A program made the position numbers and the translations under genes. Positions 37,255 through 48,506 of a stretch of DNA of 64,000 bases are shown here, in pieces. Source of the DNA: Squalus acanthias (taxonomy: Eukaryota); NCBI GenBank assembly GCA_030390025.1, contig CM059432.1:96226001-96290000 (forward strand). The letters run 5' to 3'. The first letter of the stretch is position 1. The number at the start of each line of letters is the position of its first letter. The notes beneath the pieces are model-generated. The model searched no databases. It was not told the DNA's origin and worked only from the letters and a program-made list of their open reading frames with translations.

Positions 37255-37509
37255 GCTGCTCATTTTGCATCCAGGTCATCTCACAGCAAAGGTCAGGCAG
37301 TCTCTGAGACCAGGCAGTCTCTGAAATGCAGCAGCAATGATGACATCATCAGAGGCGACTTTCAGACTGAAACCACTAATTGGTTCATGGGTTTCCACAT
37401 GCTGGAACTCAATTGCCCAATTAGGTGAAAATTCCATCAATCTCCCACATCCAATTCCATTCGGGTGGATAACACGACCCCAACCCGCCCCAGTATCAAA
37501 ATCCAGCCC
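36765..37509. mobile_element. Harbinger-type MITE, copy 2 (inverted relative to 30758)
   Basis: TIRs GGGATGGATTTTC/CAAAATCCAGCCC, flanks TAT/CAT; splits the CR1 endonuclease right after ITETW. Confidence 0.9.
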
Positions 37510-37774
37510 CATGTCTCTGTAATGACAATTACATCATACCCATTTACTTCGATTAGTGCCATTAATTCATCCACCTTGTTGCGAATGCTACGTGCATTTA
37601 GATAAAGTGCCTTCAACTTTGCCTGTTTAATATTTTTCTGCATTTTGACCCTCTTTACTGTTGGCCTTTGTTTCTGCTCCCTACTAGCTTTGCTGACTAC
37701 TTTTCTAACTTGCACTTCCAGCTTTGTTTCTCTCCATTCTGGGCCCACACTTAGGTTCCCAGCCCCCTGACAAA

Positions 37775-38580
37775 CTAGTTTAAATCCTTCCCAACAGCAC
37801 TAGCAAACCCCCCTGCGAGGATATTGGTCCCGGTTCTGCCGAGGTGTAACCCGTCCAGCTTGTACAGGTCCCACCTTCCCCAGAATCGGTCCCAATGCCT
37901 CAGGAATTTAAATCCCTCCCGCCGACACCATCTCTCCAGCCATGCATTCATCTGGTCTATTCTCCTATTTCTGCTCTCGCTAGCACGTGGCACTGGGAGT
38001 AATCCTGAGATTGCTACCTTTGAGGTCCTGCTTTTTAATTTATTTCCTAGCTCCCTATATTCTGCTTGCAGGACCTCATCCCTCTTTCTACCTATGTCAT
38101 TGGTACCGATATGGACCATGACCTCTGGCTGTTCACCCTCCCCCTTCAGTATGTCCTGCAGCCGCTCAGTGACATCCTTGACCCTGGCACCAGGGAGGCA
38201 ACATATCATCCTGGAGTCACGTCTGCGGCCACAGAAACGTGTGTCTGTTCCCCTTATGATAGAATACCCTATCACTATTGCTCTCCCACTCTTTTTCCTC
38301 CCCTCCTATGCAGCTGAGCCACTCATAGTGCCACGGACTTGGCTCTTGCTGCATTCCCCTGAGAAACCATCTCCCCCAGCAGTATCCAAAATGGAAAAGC
38401 TGGTGGTCACCCATTCCCTTTCTGCCTGTGCAATCTTTACCTGCGGTGTGACTACCTCATTAAACGTGCTATCCACGAGGATCTCAGCCTCGCAGATGCT
38501 CCACAGTGACTCCAGCCGCAGCTCCAGATCCGAAACATAGCACAGGAGGAGCACTCCATGCTGCCGAGCTGCCCTGCCAT
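37775..38580 (-). pseudogene. CR1 ORF1 (Cys-rich/leucine zipper plus SGNH esterase), frameshifted
   Basis: MAGQLGSMECSSCAM start; IGYSIIR, CLPGA, VHIGTND, DGLHL. Confidence 0.85.
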
Positions 38581-38880
38581 GACCTACCCTTAATTTACTC
38601 CCTTTACTTCCTCTAAATTAAAGAATATTAAATACACTAGTGACCTTACTTCAGTTTACACACTACTTACTCTAAACTAGAGACCTTACGTTTAATTTAA
38701 CGACTGGACTGTAGAAATACTCACCAGGTCTTACTTACCAATCAGCTCCTTCGCTGGTTGCGACATAAATTTAGCAGTTTTGCAGTTGTTGTTGTTGTTT
38801 GACTGCTCCTGCTCTCAGACTCTTTCCTTGGTGTAAAGTAAGAACCAATTCCTACAGGGTGAAAAGTTAGGAAAAGCAAA

Positions 38881-39100
38881 GGCAAAGCAAGGGAGCTCCT
38901 CCTTCCACTCCTCACCTAACTCCCTCACTCACCCAACTCTAGCACTCTGTTCAAACCACACTCAGTGCAAATCGCACTGTCAAGCCTGTTTTTATAGGCC
39001 CTGAATCAACGGAGCTGGCTGAGCCCTGCTACAGGAAAACCAGTTTAATCTAGTTTCCCTAATTAATTGCCTTCAGCTGCTCTGAATTGTAGGCCTTGTA
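38881..39100. repeat. 220-bp direct repeat copy A (TATA-containing unit)
   Basis: 12 mismatches in 220 bp versus 45389-45608 by manual alignment; TATAAAAA on - strand at 38996-38989. Confidence 0.9.
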
Positions 39101-39172
39101 CTCTTTTGAGTAAACATAAAACTACTGTAAATTAACAGAACTTCAAATAAAACTTATCACATTAAATTAAAA

Positions 39173-42100
39173 TTACGTTGTCCGGGCAGATGATGCACTC
39201 CAGTCCCCACGGCGCCCACCGGTCTCGGAAGGCTTCAAGTGTGCCAGCGGACACCGTGTGCTCCATCTCCAGGGCCACCCGGGTGCGAACATAGCCGCGG
39301 AAGAGAGGCAGGCAATTGGGCCGAACGACCCCTCGACCGCCCGCTGCCTGGACCTGTTAATGGCCACTTTGGCCAGGCCCAGGAGCAGTCCTATGAGGAG
39401 GTCCTCCGACCTGCCCGCTCCCCTCCGCACCGGGTGACCGTAGATCAGGAGCGTGGGACTGAAGTGCAACCAAAAATCGAGGAGCAGCCCCTTCAAATAA
39501 TAGAACAGGGGCTGCAACCTTTCACATTCCACATACACGTGGAACACGGACTCTTCCAGGCCACAAAAAAGACAGGCGGCCTGGGAGTCCGTGAACCTAC
39601 TTAAAAGCTGATTGCATGGGACTGCTCCGTGCAACACCCTCCAGGCCAAGTCCCCAATAGAAAAGGGGAGGACTCCCGCGTAGAGAGCCCTCCATTGGGG
39701 ACCTCCGCCTCCGCCGGACGACAAGATGGCACGCCAAGGCGTGTCCGGACGGCAGGCGAAGATGGCAAAGTGGAGAGTGTGCAGGAGCAGCCCGTACAGG
39801 AAATCCCTCCGCGCAGAACTAAAAGGCACGGAGGGCATTTCCCCGAGATGGCTCAAGTTGTGAGGTGCCGGTTCCCGAGAGGGGTTTCGGGGCCGCGTGC
39901 CGATGAGGAATTCCGTCCGAACGGGGGTCAGTTCGGACGGGATCGCCCCACGTGCTTGAGCCTCCTCGATACACCTAGTGGAGTCGGGGCCCAGTGCCAC
40001 TTTCAGCGACTCGATGGCTTTGGCCACGCGCCAGACGTCGACCCAGGAGAGGCGCCGCACCAACTCCTCCGGCACCATCCAGCCCGCTCCTCCGCCATCG
40101 AGCAGGTCCCCAACTCTGGTCACCTTGCCAGGCACAGCCCTGCCCTCTGCCAGCCACCCGATCCGTCGGACGTGGAGGTGCGGATTCCTGAGCAGCGGCT
40201 CCCGAAGGAGAGCCGCCACTCTTGACGGGGGAGAACTCCGCCTGGAGGCGACTTGGTTCCAGACCCATAGCAGTTCCTGGTAGAAGACAGGCAGCTCCCA
40301 CAGGTAGGCACACATGCGGCCCAATTCCACAAACAGGAGCTGCGTGTCATAGTTGAGGCCATGCAGCTGGTGGAAGAAATACGTCGCCAGCGCACACCAT
40401 CTGGGAGGATTCTCAACGTAAAGGTATCTCTGCAGCGTCTGAAGATGGAAAGTCGCCGCCTGGGTGCGAAGGCACACCAGCGCCTGACCACCCTCCCTAA
40501 GCGGGAGACACAGAACCGCGGCAGAGACCCAGTGCTTCCTTTTGTCCCAGAAGAAGTCGATGAGCTTCTTCTGTATCTTGGCGACAAACGCAGGGGGAGG
40601 GATCAAAGTGACCAACCGGTACCACAACATGGCGGCCACCAGCTGGTTTATGACCAGCGCTCGGCCCCTGTAGGACAACACTCGGAGCAACCCCGTCCAG
40701 CGTCCAAGGCGAGCGGTGACTTTTGCCTCCAGCTCTTGCCAGTTCGCCGGCCAGGTGTCCTCAGCAGGGCCGAGGTAGACTCCCAGGTAGAGGAGGTGCG
40801 TTGTGCTCCAGGCGAAGGGCCTGAACTCCTCCGGCAGGGAGTCCACCCGCCACTGGCCCACCAGGAGTCCAGAACATTTCTCTTAGTTGATCCTGGCAGA
40901 GGATGCGTCCGAGTAAATCTGCTGGCATTCTCGCATCCTCCACATCGACGGGATCCGTGACCATGAGGAGCACGTCATCGGCGTAAGCCGAGAGGACGAC
41001 CTCCACGCCCGGCCCTTGCAGAGCCAGTCCCGTCAACCTCTTCCACAAGAGGCGCAGGAAAGGCTCCACGCAAACGGCGTATAACTGACCGGACATGGGG
41101 CATCCCTGACGTACCCCACTCCCGAAGCGAAGGGGCGCCGTCAAAGACCCATTAACTTTAATCAGACACTCCGGCGAGGCGTATAGAAGTCGGATCCGGG
41201 CGACAAAATGCGTCCCGAATCCGAATGCGCGCAGAGTTCCGAAAAGATACTCGTGATCCACCCTGTCGAACGCCTTCTCCTGATCCAGGGAGAGGAAGGC
41301 GACCGACAGACCAGCCCTCTGGGAATGGTGGACCAGGTCCCGGACCAGATGGATGTTGTCAGGGATGGACCGGCCCGGGACCGTGTAGGACTGGTCGGGG
41401 TGGATCATGTGGGCCAGCACGGTGCCAAGGTGGGCAGACATGGCCCTGGCAAAAATTTTATAGTCCGTGCTGAGGAGGAGACCGGGCGCCAGTTTTGTAA
41501 GAGGCGGAGATCACCCCTCTTGGGCAGCATGACGATGACCGCCCTGCGCCAAGAGAGGGGCATCTCCTTGGTCGCCAGACTTTCCCCCAGGACCCGCGCG
41601 TAGTCACCCCCCAAGACGTCCCAGAACGCCCTGTGGAACTCCACGGTGAGCCCATCCAGCCCCGGGGACTATCCCCTCGAGAGCTGGCCGAGGGCACCGG
41701 TCAGCTCCGCCAAGCTTAGCGGAGCGTCCAATTTTTCGGCGCCTTCCGGGCCAACCTTCGGCAGGTCCTCCCACAAAACTCTGCGCGCATCCTCGCTGGA
41801 TGGATCCGGAGAGAACAGAACCCCGTAGTAGGCCCGGGTCTCCGCGCTGATCCCCTCCGGATCCAAGACCGGAGATCCGTCGTCGGCCAGCAGCCCCAAG
41901 AGCTGCTTACGGACCCCCCATCTTTTTTCCAGCGAGTAGAAGAAGGGGGAGCCACGGTCCAGGTCCTGCAGGAACTGGATCTGCGACCTCACGAACGCGC
42001 CTCGGGACCCGACCAGCTGCAGGTCCTTCAGCGCGCCCTTCTTCTCTTTGTACACCTTCCGCAGGGCCGGGTCTTCGACGACTTGACCGAGACGGGACTC

Positions 42101-43053
42101 CAGGTCGAGCACCTCCCTCTCCAACCGCCCGACCCGGGCCTCCCGCCTCTTGGTCGACCCCCTCGCGTACTCTTGACAGAAGAGACGGACGTGAGCCTTG
42201 CCTACGTCCCACCATAGCCTCAAGGAGGGGAAGCCCCCCCGCTTCCTTCTCCAGTCGGCCCAGAACCGACAAAACGAATCCCGGAACCGCTCGTCCTCCA
42301 GCAGCAGGTTGTTAAAATGCCAGTACGCGGACCTCCCCAGCGCGCGCAACGGAGCGAGCTCCGCCCACACCAGGTGGTGGTCCGTGCACGGCACCGGCTG
42401 CATGGAAGCCACCGGAACGCAGGAGACGTACGCCCGGGAAATATAAACGTGGTCGATTCTGGACCTTCCTCCTCCAGACCTCACCCAAGTGAAGGCGCTG
42501 GAGTCGGGATGGAGATTCCGCCAGACGTCCACCAAGTCGAAGGACCCGACCAGGTCCCTCAACTTCACCATCGCCGCCAGGCTTCACGGAGGACCCGAAC
42601 GGTCCCTCGCCTCGAGGTACAATTAAAATCCCCCCCGAGGATGACGCACTCGCCGACGTCGATGGTGCCCAGAAGAGCGGACACTTCTTCGAAGAAGCGC
42701 ACTTGCTGCGCACTGGCCTGGGGGGCGTACACGTTCACTAAATGGAGCGGCACGCCCCCCAAGCGGCCCGGCAGATGCTCCTTGACCCCCAAGATCTCCG
42801 GCTGAAAATGCGGGGCCAGCAAGATAGCCACCCCGCCAGAAATGTTGGAGAGGTGACTCATGTTGACCCCTCCTCGCCACTCCAGGAGCCACGTGGCCTC
42901 GTCTCCCGGAATGGTGTGGGTTTCTTGCAGGAAGCACACCGCATACTTCCCGTCCCGAAGGACCGAGAAGTTATTAAATCTACAGCGTGCCTCCCTGCTG
43001 CCATTGATGTTGAGGCTGGCTATGGTTATCTTCATGACAAGAGCATAGTGCAA
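39173..43053 (-). pseudogene. Tx1 ORF2 (APE-RT-CCHC) across ORFs 42565-43053, 41669-42571, 41405-41644, 40761-41441, 39173-40861
   Basis: Consecutive domain motifs in frameshifted ORFs. Confidence 0.9.
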
Positions 43054-43066
43054 CCTCTACCTAACC

Positions 43067-44860
43067 CTAACGGGAGGAGGGAGCGCGGCCGCTAGTTGAC
43101 CGCCACTCCCTTCTCAGCCCAGCGAGGAACTTCCGGATCCGACGCCGCTCGGCCGGGCCCACGCCCCCGTCCGCGCCCATGGTTTTGACGGCGGCGCGGA
43201 CGGAGCAAACGAGCAGCGCCAGATCCGACCATTTATCAATGGCCAGCTGGATTATATCTTGGCGACCCTGGCCGATGGCCACAAAGTCCCGGAGTTCCAC
43301 AACGGGGATCAGGGGGGACCCGGAGGGGGGCACGAGGGTATCCGCCGCCTCGCTGGCGACGGAGTCCATGTCATCCTCAGTGTCCTCCGCCGGGTCCCCG
43401 TCCTCCTCCGGGGGGTCGCCATCAGCCGGCCCTACCTCTGCCCCGATCCCATCCCCAGGATCGGCGGCAGAGGAGTCCTCCCTGGGCTCCTCCAGAGGCG
43501 CCGGGTCAGGAAGCGGCGGCGGCTCGGGGCCCCCCTCCGCCCCCGGCACCGGGGTGCACGGGGAAACCGGGGAGCACATTAATGCCAGTTCCCCCAACAC
43601 CCCCGGCACCAGTGTCGGAGATGGAGTCAGGGGGCCTTCCCCTTCACCGCCACCATCCCCTGACCCAGCGGACCGGGGACCCTGGCTGAATTCCTCAACC
43701 AGGTCGAGCAGCACCTGGGAATAGTCTTGACCGTATACGGCGGGCTCAGCCTCATTGACCTCGCCCACCACGGTTCCCAGGACGCCCGACCTGGCGAGAA
43801 ACAACGGTTCGATATATAGTTCCTCCGCGGGTAGTTCCACGGCCCCCCCCCACGAGCAGGGTCTCTTCACCATCCCCGGGAGGCACAGGCTGGACAGACT
43901 CATCTGTTGTACCCTCCCGGGGGACAGGCGACTCCTGCCGGATGTCGGTGACGGTGACGGTGGGGGGGGGTGCACAGCACCCACGGCGAGCGATGACTCC
44001 CCTTGCGAGGGGGGACCCTGTTCCTCGCGGTCCTCCTCCTCCTCCAGGGCATTGCGCCTCCTTTTCAATGTGAAGGGACACGGAGGTTGGGAGACCTCCA
44101 TGTGTACTGAGGCCTCCACCTCCGCTCCCCACTGTCAAACAGTTTGCTCGGGTCTCTCGGGCCCGGGCCCGGCCGCAGGTCTTGATTTTGCTGCCTCGGC
44201 GGTTGCGGCCACAGGCTCGGGCACGAGGCCCCTCGCACTCTCGAACTCCGCCAGGTAACGGGGGCGTAAGTTCGGGTAAATCGTCCTGTACGTCAAGGGG
44301 ACCCGCCTGAAGGTGTTTACTTTTCCTCCGCGCCTTCCTTCCGATCGGACGCTCCCCCTCCCCTCCACCGGAGGCCGCGACGGCGTTGACCTCCAGCGTC
44401 GACCGCGCATCGGGTGTCGCGGACGCGTGGACAGAAATGGGGGCAGGAGCGGCGGCGGCGCCAGCCTTGGCTGCCTCAGATGTTTTGGCGGCCTTGGAGG
44501 CGGGGCAGTTCTTTCTTATGTGCCCCACCTCCTTGCAGGCGTGGCACCGCACACCGTCCGACGTCTAGAAGACGCGGTGGGCGGTACACTCGTGTTGGAC
44601 GACAAACGCGCCCTCTGTGTCCTCCTCCCGCACCAGCTGGATAAACAGCTGGCGCTGGAAGGAGAAGATGTGCCGAAGGCTGGCCTCCCTGCAGCCGAGC
44701 GGGATCGGATTAATCCCCGACCTCACCTCCCCCAGTTGACGTAGGTGGGGGAGGAGGAGCTCAACCGGAACAAAGGTCGGGACGTTTGAAAGGACAATTC
44801 GCTGCACGGTGGCCTCAAGCGGATCCACCGGCAGGAAGGTCCCGCCCACAGTGAGCCACA
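43067..44860 (-). pseudogene. Tx1 ORF1 (gag-like), N-terminus apparently missing
   Basis: LTVGGTFLPVDPLE...LSNVP, CX2CX4HX4C knuckle, long Pro/acidic region; starts abruptly at a (GT)n tract. Confidence 0.75.
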
Positions 44861-45388
44861 CACACTCACACACACCCCTTGCTGTCCCGGTCTTCTCTTT
44901 CTTCTTTCCTCCCCCCACCTAAAATACAAAGTCTTTTGGAGAGTGCCCTTTTTAACACCCACCTCTAGATGTTGTTTTCTTCTCAATGGCTCTCCCTCCT
45001 TCCAAGCAGATGTTGGTCTTGGTTTTCTTCTCCCTTCTTTCCCTCTCCTGTAATGGAGACCAGTTGGGGAGGCAATGATGTAATGGCTTCCTTCTGTTGT
45101 TGTTTTGGTCTCCTCTCCTCACTCTCCTCTCCTCTCTCCCTTCTGGCACCTCAGCAGTAGCTTTGGTAGTAGCAACAGGCGTGCTGGAGGTGGAAAGGGT
45201 CTCCACTCTTACCTTCGTGGCTCTGTCTTCTTCTCCTAGGCACAGAGAGAGACCTTTCCTCTCCTCTCCTCTCCTCTTCTCAGCACTCTGTTCAAACTGC
45301 ACTCAGTCCCGTTCACACAGCACTGAGCTGAGCTGAGCTGAGCTGAGAATCTCGCAGCCTGTGTCTCTCCAACAAAGGCGAAGGTGAA

Positions 45389-45608
45389 GGCGAAGCAAGG
45401 GAGCTCCTCCTTCCACTCCTCACCTAACTCCCTCACTCACCCAACTCCAGCACTCTGTTCAAACTGCACTTAGTGCAAATCGCACTGTGAAGCCTGTTTT
45501 TAAAGGCCCTGAAACAAAGGAGCTGGCTGAGCCCTGCTACAGGAATACCAGTTTAATCTAGTTTCCCTAATTAACTGCCTTCAGCTACTCTGAATTGTAG
45601 GCCTTGTA
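45389..45608. repeat. 220-bp direct repeat copy B; partial copies at 45710-45756 and 45281-45307
   Basis: Direct alignment to 38881-39100. Confidence 0.9.
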
Positions 45609-47020
45609 TATCCCTGTATATCCTTGCTTAAGGCTGGGAAACTTAGATTTTAACCAGTAATAATTAATGTGAAACAAACAAAAGTTTGATTTTTTAGAAA
45701 ATAGTTAAGACTCCCTCACTCACCCAACTCCAGCACTCTGTTCAAACCACACTCAGGAATGGAGGGAGTCATCATCAAATCTTGGAGAGGCCTTTGATCT
45801 TGAACCACTCATCTCTCTATCTTCCACATTGAAAAGCATCAGAAAATGAATGAAGAACCACAAGGCTGCATAGGCCCCTTAAATGCAGCTGAATGGAAGA
45901 CGTCAGCAGAAGCGAGCAGCAGACCTGAACCCACTGATTGGGCCGGGCAACGCGCACGACGGGCTTAATAAGCCCAGTTAAGGGAAAATAGTTAATGCAG
46001 AACGGATTAAACCAGCTGTGGGACCGGAACCTGCCGACCAGCCAAACTGACTCCAACCCGCCTCCACTCGGAAAATCGTGGCCTTAGTGTCTGTACAACT
46101 GAGAATCCTCAAGATTCCTCTGTAAATTCAAAGCCAACTCAACCTTAATGCATAGACCTGTCTCTCAGTAATTTTGTTTGCGCCTTCCCATGTCTCACAC
46201 CATTCTATAGTTGACAATGTGCACACCGTCTCTGTGACACATTGTGAGGAATCATAACTTTGAATCAGCATCTCACTGCTCTGTGGTGCATACATAAGAG
46301 CACCAACATAATGCACTACAGCACCATATGGTTGATATCAGTAAATGGGAAATTGATTGAACAAATACATTCCTGCTCAAGGAACATTTTCCCATGTACC
46401 TAATGCATTTAAATCAGTACTGATGAGTTTTGCCTAAAGAGCATAAGTTGATAGATGGACTAATTTAATTCCTAATTAAAAGGATCATCCATGTCCACCA
46501 TATATCATTACGTCTCTTATTTGTCTTCGTAATTCTCTCTATATCTAAATTTCCAGCCCTGTTAAATTCTCTATAGTTGTTGAACTTAGTGGCACGCTAT
46601 TACATTTTGTATACTATGGCCAGGAACGTCCTTGGTGCTGCTCCCACTCTGCTGCCGTAACTTCACAGGGAGTACGGATGAAACCCCGTTTATTCACGTA
46701 AACATTGACCCGTATTTTGCGGTAGGAATAATGGTGAAGCTATCAGCGTCAGTACAAATTTTCAATGAAATCTGGATTTTTTGGCTGCAGCCAATTGGCT
46801 TTCAGCTCTGCCGAGGCACTTTGCTGCACCATAGAAGGAAAGATGAAAACTTACCTGAGATGCTAGAAGGTTGCTGGCAATCCCTTTACAGATGTTCTGA
46901 TCTGACGGGTCTGACTAGCAACTTCTAATGCTACCCAGTTTCCGTGAGTGCTCTTCTTTTCTGCCTGATGCCATTAAGATGTCACTCATAAAATGTAAAT
47001 ACTCCTCCCTGTCTCAAAGA

Positions 47021-47323
47021 AACATAAGAAACATATGAAATAAGAGCAGGAGTAGGCCATACGGCCCCTCGAGCCTGCTCCGCCATTCAATAAGATCATG
47101 GCTGATCATCGACCTCAACTCCACTTTCCCACCCGATCTCCGTATCCCTTGATTCACCGAGAATCCAAAAATCTATCTAGCTCAGTCTTGAATGTACTCA
47201 AAGACTCAGCATTCACAGCCCTCTGGGGCAGAGAATTCCAAAGATTCACAACCCTCTGAGTGATGAAATTCCTCCTCATCTCAGTCTTAAATGGCCGACC
47301 CCTTATCCTGAGATTATGCCCCT
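47021..47323 (-). mobile_element. Short 5'-truncated CR1 3' end
   Basis: GHNLRIRGRPFKTEMRRNF..., 3'UTR and CATAAGAA tail; abuts an older CR1 fragment 47324-47654. Confidence 0.85.
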
Positions 47324-48253
47324 CAAGTGGGAGCTTTCCACCAATGCCAAGAATGTCCCAGGAAATGCACGTCAAGTGCAAAGACCTGAAGTTATTGGTC
47401 TCTGCTCTATCATCATTTACCTGACATCCAGAAACTGGTGCACAGGAGACATTAGTCAGAGTAAAACTGGCCCTATTAAGTTTAGCTGTAGAACATCCTA
47501 TGTTAGGTATCATGCTGCTAGTGTCTTCCCCAATGAATACTTCTGCGAAGTAATAATTCAGTATGTTAATTAATACTATTTGATCCTCAATTTCAACACC
47601 ATGTGTTTCCTTAAGAGATCTATCAAATTCTTCTTTGATAGCCCTCTTTAGAGACATACGGCACAGAAGAAGGCCATTTGGCCCATCGAGTCCGTGCCGG
47701 CTCTCTGTAGCGCAATCCAGTCAGTCCCATTCTCCCGCTCTATCCCCATAGCCCTGCAAGTTTATTTCCCTCAAGTACCTATCCAGTCTCCCCTTGAAAA
47801 CATTGAGTGTCTCCGCTTCCACCACTTCCGTCGGCAGCGAGTTCCAGGTCCTCACCACTCGCTGCGTAAAAAAGTTTTTCCTCACATCCCCCCTGTATCT
47901 CTTGTCCAAAACCTTAAATCTTTGTCCCCTAGTCCTTGTACCATCAACTAGTGGGAACAGCCTTTCCCTGTCTAGCCTATCCAAACCCGTCATAATCTTG
48001 TACACCTCTATCAAATCACCCCTCAACCTCCTTTGCTCTAATGAAAACAAATCCAGCTTCTCCAACCTGTCCTTGTAGCTAAGATGCCCCATCCCCAGAA
48101 CCATTCTGGTAAATCTTCTCTGCACCCTCTCAAGGGCCTTCACATCCTTCCTAAAGTGTGGTGACCAGATCTGGACGCAATACTCCAGTTGTGGCCGAAC
48201 CAGCGCTTTATAAAGGTTCAGCATAACTTCTCTACTTTTGTACTCAATACCTC

Positions 48254-48468
48254 TGACGTAATAAGGACTCACTACGCACTTGAACATAAAGCAAGGCTTT
48301 AATCAACTTGTAACAAAACATGGAGGTCTAGTTAGCAGTCACTAGCTTCCTGTTTCCAGATTGTCTCTCCCCAAGGTGGGCCCATGCCTGAGTATTTATA
48401 CTCCCTGGACGGCGCCCCAGCTGGCCACCCAGTAGTACTTCCTGAGTTGTTACTTGCGATTTATGACA
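48254..48468 (-). repeat. Gypsy 3' LTR (215 bp)
   Basis: TGTCATAA...TTACGTCA termini, preceded by polypurine tract AGGGAGGAAGAA; TATAAATA and ATTAAA inside. Confidence 0.88.
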
Positions 48469-48506
48469 TTCTTCCTCCCTAAAAGGTTTGGAAGTCCAGT
48501 CTTCCT

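Larger units (their letters stand above)
39101..45388 (-). mobile_element. L1/Tx1-clade non-LTR retrotransposon, GC/CpG-rich, several frameshifts
   Basis: ORF1 with CHACKEVGHIRKNC zinc knuckle; ORF2 from ~43035 SLNING, FLQETH, GGDFN, WRPVS, LDQEKAFDRV, GVRQGCPMS, YADD, C-terminal CLFC..H...C. Confidence 0.92.
33973..45756 (-). mobile_element. Full-length CR1 LINE carrying a MITE in ORF2 and a Tx1 element in its 5' region
   Basis: CATAAGAA-repeat 3' tail at 33973; ORF2 34071-~37700; ORF1 37775-38580; 5' repeats to 45756. Confidence 0.88.
32106..46083. mobile_element. Harbinger E (family of B) split by an 11.8-kb CR1/Tx1 insertion; left end rearranged
   Basis: TIR GGAAAATCGTGGCC|TTA at 46083; Myb exon 1 starts ~45812 (KASPRFDDDSLH) and resumes at ~33972 (LVEGVRGCKEVLF); 32360-33972 collinear with 9940-11490. 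Confidence 0.88.

Noticed and set aside
39239..44744. Many long + strand and alternate-frame ORFs
   Set aside because: Shadow ORFs of the GC-rich Tx1 element with no independent motifs.
38881..45608. True LTR retrotransposon defined by the 220-bp repeats
   Set aside because: No TG..CA termini, PBS, PPT or integrase; the interior is an APE-type non-LTR element.
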